Below, in pieces: positions 9,622-20,688 of a stretch of 64,000 nucleotides of DNA. Origin of the DNA: an uncultured Candidatus Saccharibacteria bacterium (GTDB lineage Bacteria > Patescibacteriota > Minisyncoccia > Sungbacterales > JACQCQ01); the NCBI GenBank assembly GCA_964494945.1, contig CAZBTX010000004.1, positions 27,385 to 91,384 of the forward strand. Direction: 5' to 3'. The position numbers were made by a program, and so were the translations under genes. The first letter of the stretch is position 1. Each line of letters opens with the position of its first letter. The notes beneath the pieces were generated by a model. The model saw only the letters and a program-made list of their open reading frames with translations, was not told where the DNA came from and ran no database searches.

Positions 9622-11004
9622 ATGTCTCAATTTATATCAGAAGAAAAAAGTGAGAGCGTGGGACGCGCTGTAGCGCGCGGGGTGGTGATTTCGGGTAGTA
9701 CGAATGTCATACTCCGTTTTCTTGAAGCCGCGGTCGCGGTTCTTTTGCTTTCTCGGCTGTCAATTTTCCAGTACGGGGCTTATCAGCTTACACTTTCCGC
9801 TTTTGAGCTTTTTGCCGGGTTTTTCTTTGCGGGACTTTCTTCGGTTATCATAGCCGATGTTTCTCGCGAGGCCGCCGGGGATAATAAGTTCCAAGCGAAT
9901 ACGCTTTTCGGCGCTTATGCTTATTTCCAATTCGCCGTCAGCGTTTTTCTTTGGGCGGTTTTTTTCTTCGGCGCGAATCTATTGACGTATTGGGTGGGAG
10001 GAGAGACACAGCTTATCCGCATCGTCTCCTTCCTTTTTCTGGCAAGCCCGGCGGAACAGCTTTTGGGGCTTCATCTTCAAATACAACTTAAATTTTGGTG
10101 GCTGAATGCCTACAAGATACTTTACATGATATCTCGTCTCGGCATGCTGACGACGGTGTTTTTCCTGGGACTGCTTGACGCGAAATGGGCCGTGGTGAGC
10201 TTGGTTTTTTCCTCGGTCGCTGCGTCCTTAGTCGTTATACCCTTCGTCAGTTTTGTAAGTTCCATCGGCGCGCCACAACCGATGCGCCGAGCCAAAGCAC
10301 TTTTTGCGGTTATTAAAGAACACGGCAAGTGGGCTATTGTAAATGATTTCATAGGGAACATCGGTTCCTCTATTCGGCCTTTTCTTATCCGCATCTTTGT
10401 GGGCGTGGAAGCGGTTGCCGTATTCACCGTGGCGCAGAACTTCGCCGGCTATCTAAGTTCGGCGTTTCCTATCAGAGAAGTATTGTCGCCCATATTTCCG
10501 CGTCAAGCCCATGACGCCAAAGCGCTGGCCGCGACTTTTAATCGCGTCTTGAAATATTCCACCCTGGCTTTTTTGCTGATTGCCGCAGCTGGCGCCGTGG
10601 CAGTTCCGTTATTCGTAAAATTAGCTTTTCCCAAATACGTTCTTTCGCTCCCGTATTTATTTGTCTATCTTTTTGCCATGCCGCTTCTTGGTTTCCGACT
10701 TGCCGTAACTCCGCTTTTTGCCGCGCTTAAAAACCAAAAATTATTCTTTTCCATTACAATTTACCGCACCGCTACTTCCGCGCTTTTAGGCGCTCTACTG
10801 ATATGGCTTTGGGGCCTTTGGGGGGCGGCGTTGGAGGCCTCGTTCGGCGTAAGTTTATTGCTCTTGCCCGTCTATACCAAGGCCCTGAGGCGGATGCTTC
10901 CCGACTGGAAGTTTTCCGCGCGTGAATTCTTTGCCTTTAATCAGGACGACCGCCGTCTTGCTTCTGCAATCGTAAGGCGACTTAAACCGGCTTTTTGGAG
11001 ATAA
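9622..11004 (+). CDS. Wzx-like polysaccharide flippase
   Basis: 460 aa polytopic membrane protein, N-terminal Polysacc_synt-like pattern, GLWGAA, context. Confidence 0.8.
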   Translation: MSQFISEEKSESVGRAVARGVVISGSTNVILRFLEAAVAVLLLSRLSIFQYGAYQLTLSAFELFAGFFFAGLSSVIIADVSREAAGDNKFQANTLFGAYAYFQFAVSVFLWAVFFFGANLLTYWVGGETQLIRIVSFLFLASPAEQLLGLHLQIQLKFWWLNAYKILYMISRLGMLTTVFFLGLLDAKWAVVSLVFSSVAASLVVIPFVSFVSSIGAPQPMRRAKALFAVIKEHGKWAIVNDFIGNIGSSIRPFLIRIFVGVEAVAVFTVAQNFAGYLSSAFPIREVLSPIFPRQAHDAKALAATFNRVLKYSTLAFLLIAAAGAVAVPLFVKLAFPKYVLSLPYLFVYLFAMPLLGFRLAVTPLFAALKNQKLFFSITIYRTATSALLGALLIWLWGLWGAALEASFGVSLLLLPVYTKALRRMLPDWKFSAREFFAFNQDDRRLASAIVRRLKPAFWR

Positions 11005-12796
11005 TAAAATTTTCAATCACCAAGTAGTCCATTTCGGTCGCGAGGAAGCACCCCAAGGCGTCTTCTGGTGTTTCAATAATGGGGTCACCCGCGAGATTAA
11101 ATGAAGTATTTAGGATGAGCGGAACTCCAGTGATCTTTGCGAACTCGTTTATGAGCTCGTAATACCGACCGTTGGCTTCTTTGGTCACGGATTGAATCCG
11201 GCAAGTGCCGTCAACGTGGACTATGGATGGCACAAGCCGGCGTTTCTCCGGTACCACCAGAGCGGCGAGAAGCATAAAAGGGCTTTCTTCCAACAGTTCA
11301 AACCATTCAGACATCTTTTCGCGTAGCACTGCCGCGGCGAAGGGACGCCACGGTTCACGGTGTTTGACGCGGTTATTGAGAATATCCTTGGCATCTTCCG
11401 GCCGCGGGTCGCAAAGTATGGAACGATTTCCCAGAGCCCTCGGGCCGTATTCGGCACCCCCCTGGAACCAGCCGATAATTTTCTTTTCCGCCATCAGTTT
11501 GGCGGCTTCAGCCGATACATTTGGTGATTTTTGGGCGTTAACCCTGTCTTTGACCTTTGATATTGCTTCGGTAATTTCTTTTTCGGAATAACCGCGGCCA
11601 AGCGCGGCATTTTGCATTTTCCAGAATCTGGGACGGTCCAGTATCATGTGCCAGCCGTAAAGAGCGCACCCTAACGCCACGCCGGTGTCGGAACATCCCG
11701 GCTGAATGAATATTTTCTTGAATCCCGCCTTATCAAGAAAGTTCTTATTGGCGTCGATGTTCAGCCCCACGCCGCCCGCAACGCAAAGATTGGGGATATT
11801 CGTAAGTTCCCTAAGTTTTATGCCCCAGCTAACCGCCACTTCTTCCAGTACTTTTTGAGCGGCATAAGCCACCGAAGCGTAATAATCGTCCGGCAATTTT
11901 TCCGATTTTTCGCGCGGCGGGCGGGGGAGGCGAATTTCATCAAATACATGGGGTTCGGTCAGGCGCTCACCGGCGACACCCGAGACCTTCAAAAGTTTCA
12001 GCGCCATGGGGCGCAGAACCAAGCGGAGCTTCATGCGGAGTATATTTCGCGCTACCTCGGCTATTTCTCGTAAACTTTTATTTTTCAGGCGCGCGCCGTA
12101 TGAGCGCGAGGGGAAAGTTATTCTGGGATTGCATAAAATATGGCCGTACTTTTCCGCGTACCAGTGACTGGCGGGAAATTGCTTAAGAATTGAATCGTTG
12201 CCATAGGGGGCAAGTCCCATCATCTTGCCTTCGTTGTATTTGCCGAGTCCGATGTAACGCTCGGATATCAGCGAGTAAAGTTTCCCGATGCCGAAAGTGT
12301 AGGGGAATATCTTGCCTTCTCTTAAGTGCGTGGTCTTTTGTATCTGATACAGGCGATTGCCTCGGCCGACGTACATGGTCTCGGTTTCGGTGGCCGCGAC
12401 CCCAAGATGATTTTCAAATTTCTCTCCGGCGCCGTCGTATACCAGAACCGCCGCCTCTTCAAACGGAGAACAAAAGAACGCCGAGGCGGCGTGCGCGTCG
12501 TGATGGTTGATAATCTCAATTCTCGCCTTGGAAAAAGCGGCTCCGGTATGTTCCAGTAACCATTGCTTCATGGGGGCGTTCTTTCTCGTGTCTATCTGGT
12601 CAATTACAACAAGGTCAACTTCTTCCGGCTTAATACCCAGTGCCTCAAGACAATAAGGTATCGCTAAAACCGGGAACATATTGTGCGAATGCTTAACACG
12701 ATTCAGGCGCTCTTCGGCAATAGCGATTACTTTTCCGTCCGATATCAGGCAGGCGCCGGTATCATGCCCCGCGATTTTTAGTCCGAGTACGTTCAT
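10982..12796 (-). CDS. NodU/CmcH-family carbamoyltransferase
   Basis: HDTGA, EERLNRVKH, HHDAHAASAF, GPRALGNRS, LNTSFN. Confidence 0.95.
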   Translation of the reverse strand: MNVLGLKIAGHDTGACLISDGKVIAIAEERLNRVKHSHNMFPVLAIPYCLEALGIKPEEVDLVVIDQIDTRKNAPMKQWLLEHTGAAFSKARIEIINHHDAHAASAFFCSPFEEAAVLVYDGAGEKFENHLGVAATETETMYVGRGNRLYQIQKTTHLREGKIFPYTFGIGKLYSLISERYIGLGKYNEGKMMGLAPYGNDSILKQFPASHWYAEKYGHILCNPRITFPSRSYGARLKNKSLREIAEVARNILRMKLRLVLRPMALKLLKVSGVAGERLTEPHVFDEIRLPRPPREKSEKLPDDYYASVAYAAQKVLEEVAVSWGIKLRELTNIPNLCVAGGVGLNIDANKNFLDKAGFKKIFIQPGCSDTGVALGCALYGWHMILDRPRFWKMQNAALGRGYSEKEITEAISKVKDRVNAQKSPNVSAEAAKLMAEKKIIGWFQGGAEYGPRALGNRSILCDPRPEDAKDILNNRVKHREPWRPFAAAVLREKMSEWFELLEESPFMLLAALVVPEKRRLVPSIVHVDGTCRIQSVTKEANGRYYELINEFAKITGVPLILNTSFNLAGDPIIETPEDALGCFLATEMDYLVIENFIISKKPV

Positions 12797-12863
12797 TCCT
12801 TACACACTATGCCGAAATGTCGGCTTGGTTTCAAGCCATAGCCAGGTATGATACATTCTTAAT

Positions 12864-15305
12864 ATGACCGAAGGCACACGGAGCAGTTTTATTAAAAAGG
12901 AGGCGCTAATTTTTCTCTTCCTTGCCGCATTGGTGATCGCAGCATTCGCTTCTCCTCTTTTTGAGGGAAAGCTTTTTTTTGACTCCGACACGACAAATGA
13001 GGACTATCCTCTCTACACCTTCTATGCCAAGGCATTGCGTACAGGGGAGCCATTTTGGTGGAATCCGTCATATTTGATGGGGTATCCTTCCTATGTTTCC
13101 GCCGCTTTTAATATGCTTGACCCGGTCAATTTGGCGTTATTCCGCTTGATTGAAAATCCGCTGACCGCTCATACCGTACGAGTTGCGGTTGACTACATAT
13201 TCTCACTTTGGCTCGGTTACGCTTTTGCGCGCCGCACCGGGCTTACTCGTCTCCCCAGCATCGTAGTGACGCTTGGCTATTTGGTCGGATTCTCTCTGCC
13301 TCATACGACGCAGAACTTAATGGGGAGCGGTTCTACCTTCGTCCTTCCCGGACTTCTTCTCTTGGTCTACAATCTAAGATTTTCCGAGCGTCGTTGGTTA
13401 TGGGTTATTTTAGGCGGGATATTCTGGGGGTTTTCCTGGCTGCATGCCTTTGCGAACTACGTATTCAACTTTTCGGCGGTTGCGTATCTTTTTGCTTTGT
13501 ATCTCGACATCGCTTATCCGAAAATTCCGGGGTGGGGAGTGCGGCGTTTCGGCACGTTAATACTAACTGCCGGCGCGAGTATCATGGGCATTGTCATCGG
13601 GTTGCCGTTCATATTGCCCGCGATGATATTGCGTCCCTTAACACGGCGTGTCGCGGGCTTCGGGCTCACTGATTTGGGCGGCATTGCCGTAGCCGACGTA
13701 TTGAATTTTTTCTTCCCGGATTATATCCGCATTCCCATGCTCTCAAGTTCCGGAGCTTTATACGGCTTTTATATCGGCGGCTTCGGCTTGATTACCGCGG
13801 GGCTTGGTTTTATTGCGATGCGGGCCAAAGAACGTTTGTGGTACGGCGGCATGTATCTTTTGACGCTAGCGCTTACCATTAAGCCGCTTGGGCTATCTTG
13901 GCTTCTTTTGCATATTCCGGTATTTTCGTATTTTCATACCATGCGGCGTTGGCTTTTGATCGGTATTTTTTTTCTTGCCTACGCTGCGGGGTATGGGTTA
14001 GAAGCGATACTTGCCGATGAGAAATTCCGCCAAAGCGCTGCTTTCAGGCGTTATATGATCGGTGCCTTTATAGTTGCCGGAGTCGTGGTTCTCGGGGTGG
14101 TTATCGTGAATCTCGGCTTTCTTCTCCTTCCCTGGAATGATCCCGTTTGGCTTACATCACTTTTCACCAAACTCTCCGGTTTTATTTCGATAACGGGCTC
14201 ATACCCGGAAGAGTATTATGTGGCGGTCCTCGCTAAGATTCTCAATCAAATTCGCGCTTCATTCTCCGTAACGAACTGGATGTTTGTTTTGCCGCTAATT
14301 TTATTTCTGACTTCGCTTGCATTTATTGCTCGTTTTTGGAAAGAGAAAATTTCGTACAGGAATTTCACAATTATAGGTCTTGTAATTATCTCGGCAAATT
14401 TTGTTTCGTATTACGCTCTCCAGCGTCCGTTGCTGATCGATAGGCGCGAATACGAAAATCCGCCCAATCTTGTTAAGACGCTGCAAAAGTACGAACCGGA
14501 TACTAATCAATATCGCCTGGTCAGTTTCCTCACGGGCGAGGCCGCTTTTAAAAAAATCCGGGCGCAAGAAATTCTCACCAATACCCGGGACTACGCCATT
14601 TCCAAAGAAATGCTTACGACGAACGTCAATATGTATTTCGGCATTCCCCGAGCTGACGGGTACGAACCATACTGGACAGAGCGCCAGTCCCATGTATGGC
14701 GTGAAATTATTGGGAATGAAGACCCGAAAGATAATATATCAAAGCAGGCAAAAGATTTTGTTGGATGGCTTCCGCTTCTTTCAGATTTTAATGTGAAATA
14801 CCTGCTTTCGGGATATCCGCTTATAGACGCGTCTCTCATTGAGATCCCCGTGGCAGCTGACAGTTTTCGCGAATTGGGCTTACATCTTTATCAAAATCAG
14901 AGCGTACGGCCGAGGGTCTATTCTCCAGAACGCGTGCGCCAGGTCTCGCAGTGGGACGAATCATATTTCCAGCTCTATAGAAAGAGAGGCGGGGTTTCGG
15001 ATATAGTTGAATGTGTTGAGTGTAAGGAGGAAATAATCCCCGGCGGGCTTTCGGTCAGTAATGTTTTTTACTCCGCCGGCGAGATCCGATTTCAAACAAA
15101 GGGTCGGAGTTCCGGCTGGGTCGTAATTTCAGAGTCGCACTTGCCGGGCTGGGAAGCTGTCGTAGACGGCGCGCCGGTCCCTATCCGCACCGCGAATTAC
15201 CTGACTCAAGCCGTAATGGCTCCGGCGGGAGAGCATAATGTAGAGCTGCGGTATCGGGGGGTCGTGTGGGAAAAAATCAAATTATACGGTTATGGGAATG
15301 AATAA
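12864..15305 (+). CDS. YfhO-family membrane protein (GT-C-like)
   Basis: WWNPSYLMGYP N-terminus, many TM helices, C-terminal PGWEAVVDG...PAGEHNVELRY. Confidence 0.8.
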   Translation: MTEGTRSSFIKKEALIFLFLAALVIAAFASPLFEGKLFFDSDTTNEDYPLYTFYAKALRTGEPFWWNPSYLMGYPSYVSAAFNMLDPVNLALFRLIENPLTAHTVRVAVDYIFSLWLGYAFARRTGLTRLPSIVVTLGYLVGFSLPHTTQNLMGSGSTFVLPGLLLLVYNLRFSERRWLWVILGGIFWGFSWLHAFANYVFNFSAVAYLFALYLDIAYPKIPGWGVRRFGTLILTAGASIMGIVIGLPFILPAMILRPLTRRVAGFGLTDLGGIAVADVLNFFFPDYIRIPMLSSSGALYGFYIGGFGLITAGLGFIAMRAKERLWYGGMYLLTLALTIKPLGLSWLLLHIPVFSYFHTMRRWLLIGIFFLAYAAGYGLEAILADEKFRQSAAFRRYMIGAFIVAGVVVLGVVIVNLGFLLLPWNDPVWLTSLFTKLSGFISITGSYPEEYYVAVLAKILNQIRASFSVTNWMFVLPLILFLTSLAFIARFWKEKISYRNFTIIGLVIISANFVSYYALQRPLLIDRREYENPPNLVKTLQKYEPDTNQYRLVSFLTGEAAFKKIRAQEILTNTRDYAISKEMLTTNVNMYFGIPRADGYEPYWTERQSHVWREIIGNEDPKDNISKQAKDFVGWLPLLSDFNVKYLLSGYPLIDASLIEIPVAADSFRELGLHLYQNQSVRPRVYSPERVRQVSQWDESYFQLYRKRGGVSDIVECVECKEEIIPGGLSVSNVFYSAGEIRFQTKGRSSGWVVISESHLPGWEAVVDGAPVPIRTANYLTQAVMAPAGEHNVELRYRGVVWEKIKLYGYGNE

Positions 15306-16128
15306 AACAAAAAAGCCGGATATGTTTCGCTTTGGACGGAATTGGGATAACTATGACCGGATGTATTCGAACCGCGGTCGTATCGATGAGGCGAAGAGCT
15401 CTCTTACGCGTTTCTTGAACAAGGAATCGTTAAAAGGTTTATCGTTCCTTGATATTGGAAGCGGCAGCGGCATATTTTCACTGGCTGCCTTTGAGTTAGG
15501 CGCAACGGTGGTCAGTTTTGATATTGATAACGATTCAGTTCTTGTGACGGAGCGCGTCTGGAAAATGGCCGGGGCTCCTTCAAATTGGAAAGTATTCCAC
15601 GGCTCGATTCTTGATGAGAAGTTTATCCGTTCCCTGGGCGAGTTTGACATAGTGTATTCCTGGGGCGTTTTGCATCATACCGGGTCAATGTGGCAGGCGA
15701 TTAAGAATGCGGCAAGTCTGGTGCGACAGGGCGGCCTGCTCCATATCGCCATCTACAATAAGTCGGAGGGCTGGGGGTTGCATCCCGATGGACGTTTGTT
15801 CCCTTCAAAATTCTGGCTTTGGGAAAAGCGGTTCTATTCGCGTCTCCCATGGTTTTTACAAAATATCATTGATTGGTTTTTAATGGCTATTCTTGTTTTG
15901 GGCTATTTGATAACATTTCAAAATCCAATAACAAAGATTCGCGGGCATATACGATATCGCGGCATGTCGTGGCGGATCGATATTAAAGATTGGCTCGGGG
16001 GGTATCCCTATGAATTTGCGAGCGCGGGGGAGATTTTTCGGTTCGTGAAGCCGCTAAGCTTCGTTTTGGAGAATTTGAACACTAATGACGGTCTTCTGAA
16101 TAATGAATTTCTTTTTAAAAAGATATGA
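15292..16128 (+). CDS. Class I SAM-dependent methyltransferase
   Basis: FLDIGSGSG, FDIVYSWGVLHHTG, DWLGGYPYE. Confidence 0.9.
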   Translation: MGMNKTKKPDMFRFGRNWDNYDRMYSNRGRIDEAKSSLTRFLNKESLKGLSFLDIGSGSGIFSLAAFELGATVVSFDIDNDSVLVTERVWKMAGAPSNWKVFHGSILDEKFIRSLGEFDIVYSWGVLHHTGSMWQAIKNAASLVRQGGLLHIAIYNKSEGWGLHPDGRLFPSKFWLWEKRFYSRLPWFLQNIIDWFLMAILVLGYLITFQNPITKIRGHIRYRGMSWRIDIKDWLGGYPYEFASAGEIFRFVKPLSFVLENLNTNDGLLNNEFLFKKI

Positions 16129-17711
16129 ACCGCCAAATCTATCTTGATCACGCACTCGCGGCCTTACCTCGGGTATTAAGCGCGCTGAATCGTACGAAAG
16201 GAATGGAAAGTTTCGGCTGTTTTGACCGAAACTGGTGGCACTATAAAATCACCGATTTCCCCTCGGCGCGTATGCAAGAAGGGGTTTTGACGCTTGCCAT
16301 TCTTTGGAAAGGAGAGTGGAGCCCGTATCGCAGCGATGAAAAGATCTTTGAATGTATCAACGCCGCAATCGACTTTTGGATCTCGCGACAGCATCGGGGC
16401 GGCTCGGTGGAGGAGTGGTACCCGGGCGAGCGAAGCTTTGTGGCAACCGCTTTTTCGCTCTACGCCGTCTCCGAAACTCTGCTGTTAATCCCGGAGCTTA
16501 AGAATCGGCAAATACTTACAGCACACATCCGGCGTTCGGCTGACTGGCTCTTGGGGCGTAGAGAGGAAACGGTAACAAACCAAAATAGCGGGGCGCTGGC
16601 GGCTTTGTATAACGCTTTCCTGCTGACGGGCGATGAACGATATCGTCAGGCCTCAAAAAATCTGGCTAGATTCATAGCCAGCCGCCAATCAAGCGAAGGC
16701 TGGTTTCCCGAATACGGCGGGCCGGACATCGGCTACCTTTCGCTGACCATCGACTATCTCGCCAAATATTATTTGAAATCAAAGGACGACGAGGTAAAAC
16801 CGATGCTTGAAAAAGCCCTAGAGTTCATTTCGCACTTTATTCACCCCGACGGCAGTGCGGGCGGCATTTACGCAAGCCGTAATACCGCCTATCTTATTCC
16901 TTCCGGTTTTGAGGCGCTGGCGAGTGAGTTTCCTATCGCGGCCGCAATCGCAAAAAAAGTTCGCGTGGGTTATCAAACCAACGCCTTGCCGACACCCGAA
17001 ACACTCGATGATCGGTATCTTCTCCAAAATGGATACACATTCTTGCAGGCGCATATGACGGGACTGGCGCGCGAGGAATCCAATGTGCCTGAATTGCCGT
17101 GTGAGACAGAGCGTACTTTCCAATTCCCGCAAGCCGGTATATTGGTGCATTCTGACTCTAAGGTATATTTCGTGGTTAATACTAAAAAGGGCGGCGTTTT
17201 TTACCTGTACGACAAAGAGATAGGAAAAGGAGAATCAAGAGGCGGGCTTGTCCTGCGGCGCGCAAAAAAAGTATATGTTTCCGGCTCGCTGCAAACTCGA
17301 TCAGGGCTAACGAATGATGCGCCTCTTACATTTTTAATCCAAGGAAGTTTGGTGAGAGAAAAAGAGACAAAAGTTTCCGGGACATTCTTCTTTCTCTTGC
17401 GAGCGGCTCACGTTGTCTTTTCTTTTCTGCCGAACGGCGAACAATTCTTAAAGGTCTTTCTGCGTCGGGTGCTTATTTTAAATCGGCGGGAGAGCCGTTG
17501 GAAATTCTCGCGTAAATTCATTTATCAAAATGGGAAACTTGAAGTTGCCGATTATTTCCCGCCGCATATTTTCGATAAAGGATATGCCGGCGGATACGAA
17601 GAGTTCGTTTATGTTCCCTCAAGCCGGCTGTTTCTGGGGTCGCAGCTAAATTCGGACACGCGCGATATAAGCTCTGCCGATCTGAAAATCGGAAAGGTCA
17701 GAGTTTTTTAA
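16125..17711 (+). CDS. Hypothetical protein with predicted (alpha/alpha) toroid repeats, glycan-locus associated
   Basis: Repeated QHRGG/QSSEGWF/HPDGS motifs typical of prenyltransferase-like repeats. Confidence 0.5.
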   Translation: MNRQIYLDHALAALPRVLSALNRTKGMESFGCFDRNWWHYKITDFPSARMQEGVLTLAILWKGEWSPYRSDEKIFECINAAIDFWISRQHRGGSVEEWYPGERSFVATAFSLYAVSETLLLIPELKNRQILTAHIRRSADWLLGRREETVTNQNSGALAALYNAFLLTGDERYRQASKNLARFIASRQSSEGWFPEYGGPDIGYLSLTIDYLAKYYLKSKDDEVKPMLEKALEFISHFIHPDGSAGGIYASRNTAYLIPSGFEALASEFPIAAAIAKKVRVGYQTNALPTPETLDDRYLLQNGYTFLQAHMTGLAREESNVPELPCETERTFQFPQAGILVHSDSKVYFVVNTKKGGVFYLYDKEIGKGESRGGLVLRRAKKVYVSGSLQTRSGLTNDAPLTFLIQGSLVREKETKVSGTFFFLLRAAHVVFSFLPNGEQFLKVFLRRVLILNRRESRWKFSRKFIYQNGKLEVADYFPPHIFDKGYAGGYEEFVYVPSSRLFLGSQLNSDTRDISSADLKIGKVRVF

Positions 17712-19557
17712 CCCAGTGCTCATACCAGACCTGAAAGATGAGCAGTGTCCAGAGTTCTAGGTAGCGGTTCTTGCTGCCGGAGAGATGCTCGTTCATAAGA
17801 GCGGTAACGGCCGCCGGTCTAAAGATATCCTGGCGCTTTAATTTTTGCGGGTCTAGGTATTCCCGGAGTACGGGCTTCAGTATGCCGGAAAACCAACGCG
17901 CGAGTGGCGGCGTTAAACCCTGCTTTTTTTTATCGACGATTTCAGTCCCAAGACGAGGCCGCATAAGTTCGCGCAAAATATATTTTCGTTTCAATCCGCG
18001 GACTTTGTAGCGTTGGGGGAGCGAGATGGCAAAATCAGCCACGCGGGGGTCAAGGAACGGAACGCGGACCTCAAGTGAGTGATACATGCCGGCCCGGTCG
18101 GTTTTCATTAAAATGTCGTCTTGCAGATAGCTCGAAATATAATAGTAAGCGCTTCTTTGAAAATCGTTGAGGTCTCGAGCTTCTCTGTTGCGGTTTGTCA
18201 CGGCCTTAAAGAGCGAATCGCCCAGCGGGCGTTGTACTATCTTGGAAATGAGGTCGGAGTTGATGGCCGATGTCCATTCGGCTTGCCGCAACATCACATC
18301 TTTCTTGTAATTTCCGAAAAAGCGTTCAGCCATAAAGGAAGCGCTCATATACTCACGTGAGGCCGGGAGCATGGTGCGAATCAACCCGCCGATGCCTTTC
18401 ACCGCGCCTTCCGGCAGAGTTCCAAGAATCCGAGCAACGGCCTGGGCCTTAAAGACCTCATACCCGCCGAATAGTTCGTCAGCTCCATCGCCGTCCAGAG
18501 CCACTGTTACTTCTTCCCGCGCGAAACGGCAGAGGAGCGCTGTCGGGAGAAGTGAAGCGTCCGCGAACGGCTCATCCAGCATGGTTGTCAGTTTTTCAAA
18601 CTCGTTCACAACCTCATGTTCGCTGAAGGTCTTCAGACGATGCGTAACACCGGTGCGTTGAGCGGCTAAGCGCGCCGTTTCCGATTCGTCATACGATCTT
18701 TCAGCAAAACCGATCGTGAAGGCCTTGATGTTCGGCGAAATTTTTCTTGCGTAGTAAGCAACAGTGCTTGAATCCACCCCGCCGGAAAGCAGGATTCCCA
18801 GGGGCACGTCGCTTATCATGCGCGACTCGACCGCGCCAGCCAGTTTCGCATCCAATTCGGCTTTGGCTGTTTCAAAAGGTATTTGATTCGCTCCCGGATT
18901 TTTAGGATATTCCCGCCAAGAAAATATCCGCTCCCTTCCGTCTTTGAAAATAAGCGCGTGTGCCGCCGGCAGACGAAAAACATTATTCCAGATGGTTTCC
19001 GGGGTTGGCGTGAAATGATGATAGAGATACCGCAGGGCTCCCGCTTCGTTGAATTCTTTTTTAAAGGCGGGGTGTGCCGCGAGTGCCTTCAGTTCCGAGC
19101 CGAAAAGGAATGTTTCCGGCGTTTTCGTCCAATACAGCGGTTTTTCCCCGAAGCGGTCGCGGGCGAGAAAGAGCATTTCTTTTTTGGCATCCCACAATGC
19201 GATAGCAAACATGCCATCAAGCTCGCTTACCATGTTTTCTCCTTTTTCTTCCCAGAGATGAACCAGTACCTCCGTATCCGAGCGCGTTTTAAAAGTATGC
19301 GTGCTCTCGAGTTTTTTGCGCAATGACGGATAGTTGTAAATCTCACCGTTAAACACCACGGTCACCGTTCCGTCCTCGTTTGATTGCGGCTGCTTGCCGG
19401 TTGAAAGATCAATGATTGAAAGGCGCCGCATGCCAAGATGCGTCCTGCCCGAAATGAAAAAGCCCTCATCATCGGGCCCGCGATGCCTTAAGGTATCCGT
19501 CATATGGCGGAGCGTTCTTTCGTCACCGTCGCCAATGAACCCGGCGATTCCGCACAT
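17698..19557 (-). CDS. asnB: Asparagine synthase (glutamine-hydrolysing) family amidotransferase
   Basis: MCGIAG, HRGPD, FNGEIYN, LSGGVDSS, GDGADE. Confidence 0.95.
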   Translation of the reverse strand: MCGIAGFIGDGDERTLRHMTDTLRHRGPDDEGFFISGRTHLGMRRLSIIDLSTGKQPQSNEDGTVTVVFNGEIYNYPSLRKKLESTHTFKTRSDTEVLVHLWEEKGENMVSELDGMFAIALWDAKKEMLFLARDRFGEKPLYWTKTPETFLFGSELKALAAHPAFKKEFNEAGALRYLYHHFTPTPETIWNNVFRLPAAHALIFKDGRERIFSWREYPKNPGANQIPFETAKAELDAKLAGAVESRMISDVPLGILLSGGVDSSTVAYYARKISPNIKAFTIGFAERSYDESETARLAAQRTGVTHRLKTFSEHEVVNEFEKLTTMLDEPFADASLLPTALLCRFAREEVTVALDGDGADELFGGYEVFKAQAVARILGTLPEGAVKGIGGLIRTMLPASREYMSASFMAERFFGNYKKDVMLRQAEWTSAINSDLISKIVQRPLGDSLFKAVTNRNREARDLNDFQRSAYYYISSYLQDDILMKTDRAGMYHSLEVRVPFLDPRVADFAISLPQRYKVRGLKRKYILRELMRPRLGTEIVDKKKQGLTPPLARWFSGILKPVLREYLDPQKLKRQDIFRPAAVTALMNEHLSGSKNRYLELWTLLIFQVWYEHWVKKL

Positions 19558-19558
19558 A

Positions 19559-20512
19559 TTAGAACCTCAAAGTTTCCTTAATGGGGAGTGCCGCGCCCGC
19601 TTCGGAAGTTTTGAATACGCGGTGCAACATTTCAGCCAAGAGTCCCATCAAAACGAATTGGACAGCGATCATGAAGAAAAATGTGGTGAGTACGGGCAAG
19701 GGGCTTTGGGTGAAGCGAAGCCCCTCGAGCAATTTGAGCAAGAGCATCCAAATAAAAGTTAGAAAGCCCAGAAATGCTGAAATAAATCCGGCTACTCCAA
19801 AAAAATGCATGGGCCGCGCCCCGTACTTCCCGAAGAAGTAAAAGACTATTACATCTAGAATCACGCGGAAAGTGCGCATCAGGCCGTATTTTGAAACCCC
19901 GTATCTCCGGCGCTGCCACGCGACCGGTACTTCGGCGACCCCGGCTCCGGCCGAGGCGGCGTAGGCGGGCATCAGGCGATGGATATCTCCCGAGAAGGGC
20001 AAAGACACCACCGATTCGCGCGCATAGGCCTTGAAAAACCCCCCATGGTCATGCAAGTGTACCCCGGTAACTTTGGAGATGAACCAGTTTGCCAGAACTG
20101 AAGGGATTTTGCGGGTTATCATCTCGCCCTGCCAGCGGTCTTTGCGCCAGCCGGATACGACGTCAAACCCCTCGTTCATTTTCTCCAAAAGAAGCGGTAT
20201 GTCTTCCGGAAGATTTTCCAAATCACCGTCCATAGTCACGATTATCTCGCCCTTTGACTCGCGCACCCCCGCCGCAGTTGCGGTAGTTTTGCCTGAATTA
20301 TGGGATAGCCGCACAATGGTGACGGGTCTTAGCACCTTTAACGCCTCAAGCGTACCGTCATTTGACCCGTCATCTACAAATATGATTTCAAAGCTTTTCA
20401 CGGCATCACTAAGGACCTTCGTCAGCCGTGCGTGAAGTTCCTTAACCGTCCCGGCTTCATTGCATACGGGAATGACTACCGAGACCTCCGTTTTCCTAGC
20501 TGAATCAGCCAT
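19559..20512 (-). CDS. GT2 polyprenol-phosphate glycosyltransferase (ArnC/DPM1-like)
   Basis: VDDGSND, MDGDLEN, two C-terminal TM helices. Confidence 0.9.
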   Translation of the reverse strand: MADSARKTEVSVVIPVCNEAGTVKELHARLTKVLSDAVKSFEIIFVDDGSNDGTLEALKVLRPVTIVRLSHNSGKTTATAAGVRESKGEIIVTMDGDLENLPEDIPLLLEKMNEGFDVVSGWRKDRWQGEMITRKIPSVLANWFISKVTGVHLHDHGGFFKAYARESVVSLPFSGDIHRLMPAYAASAGAGVAEVPVAWQRRRYGVSKYGLMRTFRVILDVIVFYFFGKYGARPMHFFGVAGFISAFLGFLTFIWMLLLKLLEGLRFTQSPLPVLTTFFFMIAVQFVLMGLLAEMLHRVFKTSEAGAALPIKETLRF

Positions 20513-20688
20513 TTTCGGTCAAGTGGATGATAGCTCAAATGCGGCGAGCGGACAACTTTCTTGATAAATTTGAACAATATTTATATAATTCCCTTCCTTG
20601 TTTTCTTCTAAAGCGATGGGGCCCAGAACGAATGCCTATAGTTCCTGCGTGTTGTCTCGCTATGGATGCCGAAGTAGAATAAAACAAT